Assembly: GCA_003252385.1 (NCBI GenBank)
Contig: QKEH01000114.1
Coordinates: 14,440 to 78,439, forward strand
Origin: Bacteroidota bacterium
Lineage (GTDB): Bacteria > Bacteroidota > Bacteroidia > Bacteroidales > UBA10428
DNA: 64,000 nucleotides
Direction: 5' to 3'
How positions within the stretch are numbered: position 1 is the stretch's first letter; the number at the start of each line of letters is the position of its first letter. Position numbers and translations under genes: made by a program. The notes under the pieces were generated by a model. It saw only the letters and a list, made by a program, of their open reading frames with translations. It had not been told where the DNA came from and did no database searches. Positions 20,689 through 30,205 of the stretch are shown in pieces.

Positions 20689-22086
20689 TTATAAGAAATC
20701 GCGCGGATCGGTTACTTTTCCGGTTAATGCAGCAGCAGCAGCGGTAAGCGGACTGGCCAGCAAGGTACGCGACCCGGGGCCCTGACGGCCTTCGAAGTTC
20801 CGGTTGGTGGTCGATACCGCATATAAACCTTCGGGCACCTTATCATCGTTCATAGCCAAACACGAGGAGCATCCGGGCTGACGTAATTCAAAACCGGCTT
20901 CTTCCAGGATTTTATCCAGACCTTCCTGTTTTGCCTGCTTCTCAACCTGCCCCGATCCGGGTACAATCCAAACCACCACGTCGTCGGCCTTTTTCTTGCC
21001 TTTTACGAAATTGGTAAACGCACGTAAGTCTTCAATACGGCCATTAGTACACGAGCCCAGGAATACGTAATCCACTTTTTTACCAATCATGGGTGTACCG
21101 GCTTCAAAGCCCATATAGGCCAACGATTTAATATAGCTTCCGCGGGCACTCTCTTCGATAGTTTCCACAGCGGGAATGCTTTGGGTAATGCCCGTGCCCA
21201 TGCCTGGATTGGTACCATAAGTAATCATGGGCTCAATATCGGCTGCACGGTATTTCAGTTCCTTGTCAAATACGGCATCGCTGTCGGTTTTTAAGGTTTT
21301 CCAATAGGCCAGTTTTTTATCCCATGCATCGCCCTTGGGAGCAAACTCACGTCCTTTGATGTAGTTAAAAGTCACTTCATCGGGAGCAATATGTCCTCCG
21401 CGGGCACCCATTTCAATACTCATGTTGCAAACGGTCATGCGACCTTCCATGGTCAGTCCGGTAATGGCAGATCCGGCAAATTCCACAAAATATCCGGTAG
21501 CTCCGCCTGTGGAAATTTTAGCGATTATATACAGGATAATATCTTTGGCTTCCACTCCCTTACCCAAAGTTCCGTCGATGGTAATGCGCATGCGTTTCGG
21601 CTTGGGCTGCATGATGCATTGTGAGGCTAAAACCATTTCCACCTCGCTGGTACCGATACCAAAAGCAACAGCACCAAAAGCACCGTGCGTGGACGTATGC
21701 GAATCGCCACAAACAATGGTCATTCCGGGTTGAGTTAAACCCAACTCAGGCCCTACCACATGCACCACGCCCTGGTTCGGGTGTCCCAGTCCGTAATGAC
21801 GGATTCCGTGTTTTGCAGTATTTTCGGCCAGTTTGTTCACCTGCATTCGCGACAATTCGTCCTTAATTGGCAGGTGCTGGTTTACAGTAGGTACGTTATG
21901 ATCGGGGGTGGCCACCGAATTTTCAGGGCGGAATGCCTTAATACCTCGTTCGTCCAATCCGGCAAATGCCTGCGGGCTGGTCACCTCATGAATCAGATGA
22001 CGATCGATATATACTACACTGGGACCTCCCTCAATTTGTGTAACCACATGAGAGTCCCACACCTTATCAAATAATGTCTTTCCCAA
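20689..22086 (-). CDS. leuC: 3-isopropylmalate dehydratase large subunit
   Basis: [22 protein letters not shown] and PGCSSC motifs; probable TTG start at 22086 (MGKTLFDK). Confidence 0.96.
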   Translation of the reverse strand: MGKTLFDKVWDSHVVTQIEGGPSVVYIDRHLIHEVTSPQAFAGLDERGIKAFRPENSVATPDHNVPTVNQHLPIKDELSRMQVNKLAENTAKHGIRHYGLGHPNQGVVHVVGPELGLTQPGMTIVCGDSHTSTHGAFGAVAFGIGTSEVEMVLASQCIMQPKPKRMRITIDGTLGKGVEAKDIILYIIAKISTGGATGYFVEFAGSAITGLTMEGRMTVCNMSIEMGARGGHIAPDEVTFNYIKGREFAPKGDAWDKKLAYWKTLKTDSDAVFDKELKYRAADIEPMITYGTNPGMGTGITQSIPAVETIEESARGSYIKSLAYMGFEAGTPMIGKKVDYVFLGSCTNGRIEDLRAFTNFVKGKKKADDVVVWIVPGSGQVEKQAKQEGLDKILEEAGFELRQPGCSSCLAMNDDKVPEGLYAVSTTNRNFEGRQGPGSRTLLASPLTAAAAALTGKVTDPRDFL

Positions 22087-22105
22087 TTTTCTAAATTTTA
22101 TACTG

Positions 22106-23602
22106 TTAAACAATTTTATTTATGGCATCAATAAAAGCTTCGACCGATGCGGTAATAATATCGGTATTTCCGGAGAACCCGTAGTAAAGTTTGCCCCGGT
22201 TTTCGATTTGTATGTGCACTTTACCCAAATCATCGGTACCCCGGGTAATGGCTTGTACCAGAAATTCCTCCAGTCGTACTTTATGCCGAACCAGTTTTTT
22301 TACCGCTTTAAAGGCTGCATCGACCGGGCCGTTACCGTCTTCGGTGGCTGTGAATTCTTCACCGCCAATATTCAGGGTTACCGTGGCCATGGGTATGGTC
22401 GATTTCCCCGAAAGTACCTGAAGGTGTTTCAGTTGAATTTTACCTTGCTCATTGGTTTTATTACTGCCCACCAAAAGCTGCAGGTCTTCATCGTTTACGT
22501 CCTTCTTCTTATCGGCTACTTCAAGGAACTTTTCGTATACCGCGTTCAGTTCTTCTCCCTCCAGGCTGTAGCCCAGCAGGCTTAACCGGTGTTTCAGAGC
22601 GGCGCGCCCGCTGCGTGCGGTCAGCGAAATGCTCGATTCATTTACACCCACTTCCACCGGATCAATGATCTCGTAATTTTCACGATTCTTCAACACTCCG
22701 TCCTGATGAATCCCTGATGAATGGGCGAAGGCATTACGCCCTACAATGGCCTTGTTGGGCTGCACCGGCATGCTCATCAGCGACGATACCAGACGGCTGG
22801 TTTTAAAGATCTTCCTGGTGTTGATCCCGGTTTCAATCGGGATATCCTTATGGCTTTTCAGGGTCATTACTACCTCTTCAAGCGAGGTATTTCCGGCTCT
22901 TTCGCCAATTCCGTTTATGGTCACCTCGGCCTGGCGGGCTCCGTTCAGGATTCCTGAAATAGAATTGGCAGTAGCCATACCCAAGTCGTTATGACAGTGA
23001 GTGGAAAGTATTGCCTTATCCACGTTTTTTACGTTATCAATCAAGTACTTAATCTTCTCGCCAAACTGATGAGGCAGACAGTACCCGGTGGTATCGGGGA
23101 TATTAACTACGGTTGCACCGGCAGCAATCACGGCTTCCACCACCCGAGCCAGGTATTCGTTCCCGGTGCGTCCGGCATCTTCGGCATAAAATTCAACGTC
23201 TTCCACAAAACGCTTAGCATACTTCACGGCACGCACCGCACGCTCGATAATTTCATCCTCGTTGGAATTTAACTTATGATGAATGTGGTAATACGAGGTA
23301 CCTATTCCGGTGTGAATTCGTTTGAATTTGGCATGTTTCAAAGCATCGGCAGCCACCTCAATATCCTTTTCCACCGCACGGGTAAGGGCACAAATGGTAG
23401 GTTTGCTTACCGCTTTTGAAATCTCCACTACGGAATTAAAATCTCCCGGGCTGGAAATGGGAAAACCGGCTTCAATAATATCTACGCCGAGTTCCTCGAG
23501 CGCCTTGGCCACCTCAATTTTTTCGACTGTGTTCAACTGGCATCCCGGTACCTGCTCGCCATCGCGCAGCGTGGTATCGAATATGTATAATTTATCGCTC
23601 AT
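22106..23602 (-). CDS. leuA: 2-isopropylmalate synthase
   Basis: [23 protein letters not shown] and HSSGIHQDG motifs. Confidence 0.96.
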   Translation of the reverse strand: MSDKLYIFDTTLRDGEQVPGCQLNTVEKIEVAKALEELGVDIIEAGFPISSPGDFNSVVEISKAVSKPTICALTRAVEKDIEVAADALKHAKFKRIHTGIGTSYYHIHHKLNSNEDEIIERAVRAVKYAKRFVEDVEFYAEDAGRTGNEYLARVVEAVIAAGATVVNIPDTTGYCLPHQFGEKIKYLIDNVKNVDKAILSTHCHNDLGMATANSISGILNGARQAEVTINGIGERAGNTSLEEVVMTLKSHKDIPIETGINTRKIFKTSRLVSSLMSMPVQPNKAIVGRNAFAHSSGIHQDGVLKNRENYEIIDPVEVGVNESSISLTARSGRAALKHRLSLLGYSLEGEELNAVYEKFLEVADKKKDVNDEDLQLLVGSNKTNEQGKIQLKHLQVLSGKSTIPMATVTLNIGGEEFTATEDGNGPVDAAFKAVKKLVRHKVRLEEFLVQAITRGTDDLGKVHIQIENRGKLYYGFSGNTDIITASVEAFIDAINKIV

Positions 23603-23894
23603 AGTGTTAGATTATTAATTCAGAACTTTACTTTTTAAACTCGTGGTACGTCAACCAACTCTTTTTATCCCCCCCACGGGGGTAGCAAAGTATCGTGAAT
23701 TTTGTTCAGTATTTTAGGATATTGTTTCATCAGTCTGTTTTCCTTTTACATTAATGAAGTAAGTCCAGCTCGTTGTGTTAAACTTATTTCACAAGAATGC
23801 TTCCTGGTTCACTATTCACTTGCCCGGGGATTCTGCTGCGAAGCTGTTGGAGGCCTTGCCGGCAAACAACCCCTTCCCGGCCATCCGGGGGTCT

Positions 23895-23934
23895 AAAAAG
23901 AAACGAGGGCTATTCTCGTGAGAACAGCCCTCGT
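23895..23934 (-). terminator. Attenuator terminator hairpin of the leu operon leader
   Basis: Minus strand ACGAGGGCTGTTCT-cacg-AGAATAGCCCTCGT followed by TTCTTTTT. Confidence 0.85.
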
Positions 23935-23958
23935 ATATAATTTATACACACACCATTC

Positions 23959-24021
23959 TCACCTGTGTATTCGAAGAATACCAAGAAGAATAATGCTGAG
24001 TAGTAGACTTTGATAATTCAT
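23959..24021 (-). CDS. Leu/Ile-rich leader peptide (MNYQSLLLSIILLGILRIHR)
   Basis: 20-codon ORF below the track cutoff with 6 Leu (CTA CTA CTC CTT CTT CTT) and 4 Ile codons, directly upstream of the terminator and leuA. Confidence 0.85.
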   Translation of the reverse strand: MNYQSLLLSIILLGILRIHR

Positions 24022-24038
24022 AGTTGATTATTGAATCA

Positions 24039-24046
24039 CAAAGATA
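24039..24046 (-). promoter_or_regulatory. -7 promoter element of the leu leader
   Basis: TATCTTTG 17 nt upstream of the leader ATG. Confidence 0.7.
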
Positions 24047-24137
24047 TAGATTATTATTTTCTTTTAAAAACATCCTTATAAAAAATTCCTCCCTCGTGGT
24101 CTTTTTGTCCGACCACTCCGGTTAGGCACAGGTAAAG

Positions 24138-24881
24138 TTAGTTTTCAAGGGCGGCCATTACCTCCTCGGTAAGCTCCAGGTTGTGGTATACATTCTGCAC
24201 ATCATCCAGGTCTTCAAACTCCTCAACCAAATTTAATATCTTCTTCGACTCTTCCACAGTCAATGCCTTAGTATCGTTCGGAATACGCTGTAGTTGAGCA
24301 CTCTCCACTTCAACTCCCAATTCTTCCAGTCGCTTTTGTACGCTTCCGAAATCTTCCAGTGCCGTGGTAATCACAAACATATCGCCTTCTACCTCAAATT
24401 CTTCCACTCCGGCATCAATTACCTCGAGCTGAAACTCATCCGGATCGGCACTTCCGGCTTTGACATTAAAAACTCCCTTACGCTCAAAGAGAAAACTTAA
24501 TGATCCGTTGGTTCCTAAGCTTCCATTACGCTTGGTGAATACGGAACGAACCTGGCTAACGGTACGTTGATTGTTATCGGTTAAACATTCGATAAAAATG
24601 GCTATCCCATTAGGGCCATATCCCTCAAAAGTAACCTCTTGCAGGTTGTCTCCTTCTTTATCGGCCTTATTAATTGCCCGATCCACATTTTCCTTGGGCA
24701 TGTTAGCGCCCTTCGCATTGTTCATGGCCATGCGCAGGCGCGGATTGGCATCGGGATCGGAGCCGCCCTCCTTCACCGCAATGGAAATTTCTTTAACAAT
24801 CCGGGAAAATATTTTACCCCTTTTGGCATCCAATGCCCCTTTCTTCCTCTTAATCGTTGACCATTTACTATGTCCTGACAT
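24138..24881 (-). CDS. yebC: YebC/PmpR family protein
   Basis: MSGHSKWSTIKRKK, EGYGPNG, TDNNQRT and DDVQNVYHN motifs. Confidence 0.95.
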   Translation of the reverse strand: MSGHSKWSTIKRKKGALDAKRGKIFSRIVKEISIAVKEGGSDPDANPRLRMAMNNAKGANMPKENVDRAINKADKEGDNLQEVTFEGYGPNGIAIFIECLTDNNQRTVSQVRSVFTKRNGSLGTNGSLSFLFERKGVFNVKAGSADPDEFQLEVIDAGVEEFEVEGDMFVITTALEDFGSVQKRLEELGVEVESAQLQRIPNDTKALTVEESKKILNLVEEFEDLDDVQNVYHNLELTEEVMAALEN

Positions 24882-25011
24882 ATAGCTTAATTTACAGTTA
24901 CTCGATTATTTGCGTGGCAAAAATATAAAATAAAACAAACCCTGAAAACAGAGAAATTAATATCGTGACAGAGAGCCGGGATTTTCCGCTTTATGGCACC
25001 ACATTTCTCCC

Positions 25012-25362
25012 TTAATTACTAGCCCAAAGTTCTGAATAGGCTGGTAATTCACCGGCATCCTGAATACAGTGGGCAATTTCCACCACCGAATGTCGAATTT
25101 GGCGGATCAGTTCTTCATCCAAATTTATGAACGAAAGTGTTATCCCCAGAGAAGCAACCATGCCTGAAATCAGCTTTAACATTTCGTAGGCACTGCAGTC
25201 GATGGCCCTTACACCGGCAAGGTTAACCAGTACCGTATTACAGTCCTGCTTCATAGCCTGAATTATTAACTTTTTTAGGCTTTCCTGATACCGAAAATTA
25301 ATACGGCGGATAGTGTAGGCAGAAATAATGACGGTTTGATTAAAAGATTCAAGAGAAAACAT
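25012..25362 (-). CDS. STAS-domain (anti-sigma-factor antagonist-like) protein
   Basis: VLVNLAGVRAIDCSA resembles the STAS DL..V..IDSSG motif. Start set at ATG 25362, below a TACTTTTG element at 25389-25396. Confidence 0.6.
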   Translation of the reverse strand: MFSLESFNQTVIISAYTIRRINFRYQESLKKLIIQAMKQDCNTVLVNLAGVRAIDCSAYEMLKLISGMVASLGITLSFINLDEELIRQIRHSVVEIAHCIQDAGELPAYSELWASN

Positions 25363-25478
25363 ACTATGACCGTTTGCTATTCGAGCTGCAAAAGTATATT
25401 TTTTCAGCATGCTGCAAGCAGGTTTCTGCAAACAATTTACTAATTGTCAACCTTTTCCAGCGCTATCCAATGATCCGA

Positions 25479-26162
25479 TCAGCCAAGTAGTTTAAAGCCT
25501 TTGCCATGAATATTGATTATTTCGACCGTAGGATCGTCCTTCAGGTATTTGCGTAACTTGGCGATATATACATCCATGCTTCGGGCGTTAAAGTAGTTGT
25601 CATCCACCCAAATGGTTTTTAGAGCAAAATTCCGTTCCAGTACCGAGTTCTTATTCAAACACAACAACTTGAGCAGTTCGGTTTCCTTGGTGGTTAACTT
25701 CTGGATCCGATCTTTGAGAGTCAGAATCTGTTTTTCGGTATCGAAACGATAGCGCCCTATGGCAAATTCGTTCTGACTGCTCCCTCCAAATTTACCCGTC
25801 CGGCGCAGTATGGCTTCGATACGGTATACCAACTCTTCCATAGAAAAAGGTTTGGTAATATAATCATCGCATCCGGCTTTAAAACCATCCAGAATATCTT
25901 CCTTTTGCGACTTGGCCGTTAAAAAAAGTATAGGAATGTCGGTATTGGTCATCCGAATTTCCTTGGCCAGGGTGTAGCCATCCTTAATGGGCATCATAAT
26001 ATCCAGGATGCACAAATCGTAATGCTGTTTGATAAAAGCCTTATAGGCCAATTCCCCGTTCGGAAATAAATCAGTGCTGTACTTTTTTGCAATCAGGTAC
26101 TCCCTCAGGAGGCTTCCCAGATTCTCGTCGTCTTCGGCCAACAATACTTTTAATTCGTTCAT
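25479..26162 (-). CDS. rprY: OmpR-family response regulator RprY-like
   Basis: LLAEDDENLG, LDIMMP, DDYITKPF, LTTKE, DDNYFNARSMDVYI and NIHGKGFKL. Confidence 0.88.
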   Translation of the reverse strand: MNELKVLLAEDDENLGSLLREYLIAKKYSTDLFPNGELAYKAFIKQHYDLCILDIMMPIKDGYTLAKEIRMTNTDIPILFLTAKSQKEDILDGFKAGCDDYITKPFSMEELVYRIEAILRRTGKFGGSSQNEFAIGRYRFDTEKQILTLKDRIQKLTTKETELLKLLCLNKNSVLERNFALKTIWVDDNYFNARSMDVYIAKLRKYLKDDPTVEIINIHGKGFKLLG

Positions 26163-27661
26163 AGCTGTTTTATTAATGGCAATTTAATGAAGAAAGAGGT
26201 TCCTTCTCCCAATTCCGATTCCAGGGTTATATGCCCTTTATGCTCTTCCACAACCTTCTTCACATAGCTCAATCCCAGTCCAAAACCTTTCACGTTATGG
26301 ATATTACCGGTGGATACCCTGAAGAACTTATCGAAAATACGCCGTTGGTTTGCCCGGCTGATTCCTATTCCATTGTCGCGAACGATGATCAGCATATCAC
26401 TTTGAACGTTACGGGTCTCAATATAGATCTCCGGAGCTACAGTGGTGTATTTAACGGCATTGTCGAGCAGGTTGGAAAGAATGTTGGTTATGTGTACCGG
26501 GTCGCCCTCAATTTGATCGTTATCGGCGTGCAAGGACGGAATGAGCATGCCTTTGCGTGAGTCGACCTGCAGGGTAAAATTGGCAATGACCGATTCAATA
26601 ATCTCATGAACCGAAAGAATTTCAAAGGTCAGCTTCATATCGCCCTGATCGAACTTGGCCATCTGAAGTACCCGTTCAACCTGATAGCCTAACCGGGCAC
26701 TCTCATCGGAAATAATACCGGAAATACGGCTGTAATTTTTCTGCTCGGGCGAAATACTTTTATCGTTGAGCATTTGGGAGGCTAACGAGATGGTGGATAT
26801 CGGGGTTTTCAGTTCGTGGGTCATGTTGTTCACAAAGTCGCTCTTCATTTCCGACAAGCGCTTCTGACGAATAATTACGTAGAGTGTAAAAGCAAATGTA
26901 ACCAGCAGAAAAAGTGTCAGAACGGATGAAGAAACTACGATAAAACCCATGGAACTGATGATCATACCCCGCATATTAGGGAAATACACGGTGAGGTAAC
27001 TGGGTTCATCAAAGAAGTCGTCGGGAAACAGTTCGATCTGATAGTACTTCTGATGGTCTTCTTTACGAAAATTTTTCGATTTAAAAATCACCTTCTCGTT
27101 CCAGTTGGTAACCGCAAATTCGCATTCCACTTCCAAACCGTGTTCAGCAAGTGCCATTTGTAAAAAGCGATCCACCAGGTCGGGAGTAACGCGTTTTTCG
27201 ATACTGCTTGAAAAATTAAACATTTTAGAAACCACGCGATCAATAAATTCCCGCCGGTTCAATATTCGTTTTAGCATGGACACATTCTTCGATGGATGTT
27301 GCCCGAAGGGATGTCCGATACGCGAACCAAAGAAGATGTTGGTTTGAAGTTCGTATGCGGCATCGGAAGAATAAAGCAGCGTATCCCGCTGAAATTTTGT
27401 GAGGCTGTCCGCAGCTAATTTAGCCCTCAGATATTGCGTACTATCCCACGAAGCGCCGTTCATTTCATCAAAAATATAACTCATGGTTTCATTGCGCTGC
27501 ATATTAAAGACGGCATCGGTTAAAGCTCTGCGGGCAAACTGATCGAAATGCCGTTCGCTCACCTGGTAGGCATTGCGCATCCAGAAGAACTGCAACATAA
27601 TGAGCCCTAACAGGGCAATACTCATGAATACGGTAACTAGGATGATTAACCTCTTGCTCAT
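26159..27661 (-). CDS. rprX: Membrane sensor histidine kinase RprX-like
   Basis: Two TMs; NNMTHELKTP H-box, NLLDNAVKY, DNGIG and HNVKGFGLGL. Start at ATG 27661 (MSKRLII); 4-bp overlap with the regulator. Confidence 0.85.
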   Translation of the reverse strand: MSKRLIILVTVFMSIALLGLIMLQFFWMRNAYQVSERHFDQFARRALTDAVFNMQRNETMSYIFDEMNGASWDSTQYLRAKLAADSLTKFQRDTLLYSSDAAYELQTNIFFGSRIGHPFGQHPSKNVSMLKRILNRREFIDRVVSKMFNFSSSIEKRVTPDLVDRFLQMALAEHGLEVECEFAVTNWNEKVIFKSKNFRKEDHQKYYQIELFPDDFFDEPSYLTVYFPNMRGMIISSMGFIVVSSSVLTLFLLVTFAFTLYVIIRQKRLSEMKSDFVNNMTHELKTPISTISLASQMLNDKSISPEQKNYSRISGIISDESARLGYQVERVLQMAKFDQGDMKLTFEILSVHEIIESVIANFTLQVDSRKGMLIPSLHADNDQIEGDPVHITNILSNLLDNAVKYTTVAPEIYIETRNVQSDMLIIVRDNGIGISRANQRRIFDKFFRVSTGNIHNVKGFGLGLSYVKKVVEEHKGHITLESELGEGTSFFIKLPLIKQL

Positions 27662-27702
27662 GGAAACAAAGATACCTATTGGAACCTTTTGATCTGTAAA
27701 CC

Positions 27703-27738
27703 TTAACAATCTTTAACAAAGCTTGAAAAAACTTAACA
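27703..27738. promoter_or_regulatory. Phased TTAACA direct repeats (candidate OmpR-type operator)
   Basis: TTAACA at 27703, 27713 and 27733 with degenerate TTGAAA at 27723, a 10-bp period, lying between divergent -7 elements at 27667-27674 (minus) and 27750-27757 (plus). Confidence 0.55.
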
Positions 27739-27762
27739 GATGAATGCACTACATTTGTTTCA

Positions 27763-27912
27763 TACAAAACAAGCAAGGTTCAGAGACATAAAAAAATAGG
27801 AAAATTTCTTTTTCATGGTGATTAGTTAGTAAAGTTAGATTACTGATTCTTTTCATAGTTAAAAATGGGTTAGGGTTTGTGAAGGAGGTCGAAAGGCCTC
27901 TTTCTTTTTTTT
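27763..27912 (+). ncRNA. Candidate trans-acting sRNA (~150 nt) divergent from rprX
   Basis: TACATTTG -7 element at 27750-27757, a plus-strand intrinsic terminator at 27881-27912, and minus-strand genes on both sides. The 5' end is approximate. Confidence 0.6.
27881..27912 (+). terminator. Intrinsic terminator of the candidate sRNA
   Basis: GAAGGAGGTC-GAAA-GGCCTCTTTC followed by TTTTTTTT. Confidence 0.8.
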
Positions 27913-28065
27913 ATAAAAACCCGAGCAACGACGGGTAGCTGCTCATTGAATTGACCGTGGCAAGCCATTCTGCCAAAACGAAGTTACACTCCATCTAACA
28001 TACAGACACAATGAGAGACACCCGTTGCAAAGGTTTATCGAAAAATGGATTCACCCCCATTCAGG

Positions 28066-30102
28066 CTAAAAGGAATTTACCAGCCTCATGTCAGGCTGGG
28101 GAACTTTGGACAAACTCACACGGATCGCCTCAAAAAGCTTCTCCTGAGTTAGGGGTTTGGTCACATACGCCGAACAACCGGCCTTCCGGCACTTTTGTTC
28201 ATCGCCATCCAGGGCATTTGCAGTTTGGGCAATAATCGGCAAATGGGGCCACTGTGCAGAAATATAACGGGATGCCTGATAGCCATCCAGCATCGGCATT
28301 TTAATGTCCATCAACACCAAATCTATCTCGTCATGGCTTTCCACCCGCTCAATGGCCTCAACTCCATTGCACGCCCGGATAAGTTGTACCCCGGTTGGCT
28401 TTAATACCTCACTCAGATAGATATAGTTGCACTGATCATCTTCAGCAATGAGCAGTGTATATCCTCGTAGGTCGGGTGTTACTGCGGATGACAGGGACGC
28501 TCCTCTCGATTCGCTGCATTGCGGCTCCGGCAAGGGGTGCAAAGGCAACACAACATTAAAACAAGTCCCCTCACCGGGAGCCGATTCCACCCGAATGGTT
28601 CCATGCAACAATTCTACAATACTTTTGCTAATAGCCAATCCTAAACCGGCACCTGACCAATATCCCGGAAGATTGTTCTCAATCTGAAAATGGCTTTCGA
28701 AAATGGCGTCCTTGAACTCAGCAGGCATACCAATACCCGAATCACGTACCGTAAAAATAACTTTTGCATCATCCAATACTTTATATCCGTATTGAATGGT
28801 GCCCCGCTCTGTGAACTTTGCCGAATTGGTTAACAGATTGAGGATAACCTGCTTCAACCGGTCTGCGTCGGTATACAATTGCAGAGTACGGAGGGAAGTG
28901 TCCACATCCACTATCAGATCTACATCCTGCATGTGGTTGTATTTTCGTAACGTTTGTTCAATTACCGCTTTAAGATCCAATAATAGACTATAGGGATTGC
29001 AAACCCGGTATTTAACTTTCAACTTTTTACTCTCGAGCTTGGAGAAATCAATAATATCGTCAATAATATGAAGTAAATCGGCGCTGCTATTTCGAATGAG
29101 GTGGAGAAAATGATTTCGATCGTTTGTAGAGAAATTCCTCTCCAGCAACAAATCCGTAAACCCAAGTATGGCATTCATGGGGGTACGAATCTCATGCGAC
29201 ATATTCGCTAAAAAGGAAGTTTTTTGTCGATCCAGGTTTTCGGCTCTTTCTTTGGCTGTTCTCAGCCGTGCCTGTACTGTATGATGTTCTGTCCAGTCTA
29301 GCACCGTAGCCAGAATACCTTCCTCCTCCAAGGTCGCTAACTCGTACCTTTGGAGGGTGGTGCGGTACTTTTTTTCTTCGGTCTTCTGCTTTAACGCGAT
29401 CGTGAAACCAAGTTCTTTAGATGCGGAATGAAAGAAACCTTTAGCCCTCATTGAAATGTGATCTATAAAAGATCCCTGATCTTCTGCTGCCCCGACCTGA
29501 CTGAACGATTCGATCAAACTCATCGCTGCTGGGTTAGCATAGAGCAATTGCCCTTGTTGGGTAAAAATAAAGACAGGTAGAAGCAAGCCGGCAAACGAAT
29601 CAAATTCCAAGGAAGCGGATTTGGGACAAATCGCCTCAGGTGGATGGAGGATCATTGCCTGAAACTGAATGGCCAATTCCAGATTTTCGAATTGACTATC
29701 AATAAAGGCACACACCGCATCGAATGTCGTTGAATATTGCAGGTGCAGCCTGGTAAATCGCAATACCTCTTTTTTCAGAAGTTTCAACCTGTACAAATAA
29801 CCGAACAGGTTGCGCTGATTCTGCTTGAACCGATCGCTATTCTGCAGAGCGAAAGAATGATACGGATTTTTTATTCCAAATTCAAGGGTACTTTCGGAAA
29901 CCACAAAGCTTTGGGAACGAAGCTCTTCGGCCAGGATGTTTACGATTTGAAGAACATCATCGTCGGGCAACTCCTGTATTGAAGGCCTTTCGCTGTTTTG
30001 CAATCTTTCGTCGAACCGGCAATCATTCAATTGCCGTGCAAGATTCACACTGCCAGCTGCCAGTGTACTGGCAAATTTCTCCACGCAGTCACTAATTTTC
30101 AT
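28066..30102 (-). CDS. Cytoplasmic hybrid sensor kinase (PAS-like, HisKA, HATPase, REC)
   Basis: FLANMSHEIRTPMN, NLLTNSAKFT, GAGLGLAI and a receiver domain (AEDD, LMDIKMP, TKP); no obvious TM. Start uncertain (ATG 30102 or TTG 30144). Confidence 0.85.
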   Translation of the reverse strand: MKISDCVEKFASTLAAGSVNLARQLNDCRFDERLQNSERPSIQELPDDDVLQIVNILAEELRSQSFVVSESTLEFGIKNPYHSFALQNSDRFKQNQRNLFGYLYRLKLLKKEVLRFTRLHLQYSTTFDAVCAFIDSQFENLELAIQFQAMILHPPEAICPKSASLEFDSFAGLLLPVFIFTQQGQLLYANPAAMSLIESFSQVGAAEDQGSFIDHISMRAKGFFHSASKELGFTIALKQKTEEKKYRTTLQRYELATLEEEGILATVLDWTEHHTVQARLRTAKERAENLDRQKTSFLANMSHEIRTPMNAILGFTDLLLERNFSTNDRNHFLHLIRNSSADLLHIIDDIIDFSKLESKKLKVKYRVCNPYSLLLDLKAVIEQTLRKYNHMQDVDLIVDVDTSLRTLQLYTDADRLKQVILNLLTNSAKFTERGTIQYGYKVLDDAKVIFTVRDSGIGMPAEFKDAIFESHFQIENNLPGYWSGAGLGLAISKSIVELLHGTIRVESAPGEGTCFNVVLPLHPLPEPQCSESRGASLSSAVTPDLRGYTLLIAEDDQCNYIYLSEVLKPTGVQLIRACNGVEAIERVESHDEIDLVLMDIKMPMLDGYQASRYISAQWPHLPIIAQTANALDGDEQKCRKAGCSAYVTKPLTQEKLFEAIRVSLSKVPQPDMRLVNSF

Positions 30103-30205
30103 CAGATGTAAGTTAGTTGTCCATCCTTCTTTTAGGCTGATCAAAATTAGTGGAACAAACGCCTGACACCGGATTAATTAAAATGACATATTGTATCGGA
30201 ACCCT

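Noticed and set aside
24994-25008. TGGCAC-N5-TTCT sigma-54-like promoter
   Set aside because: Imperfect -12 element, and it points antisense into the STAS gene with no plus-strand gene downstream.
27749-27856. Minus-strand sORFs starting at 27856 (35 aa) and 27816 (18 aa)
   Set aside because: The promoter and terminator bracketing this segment are plus-strand, so an antisense-seed sRNA fits better. Not fully excluded.
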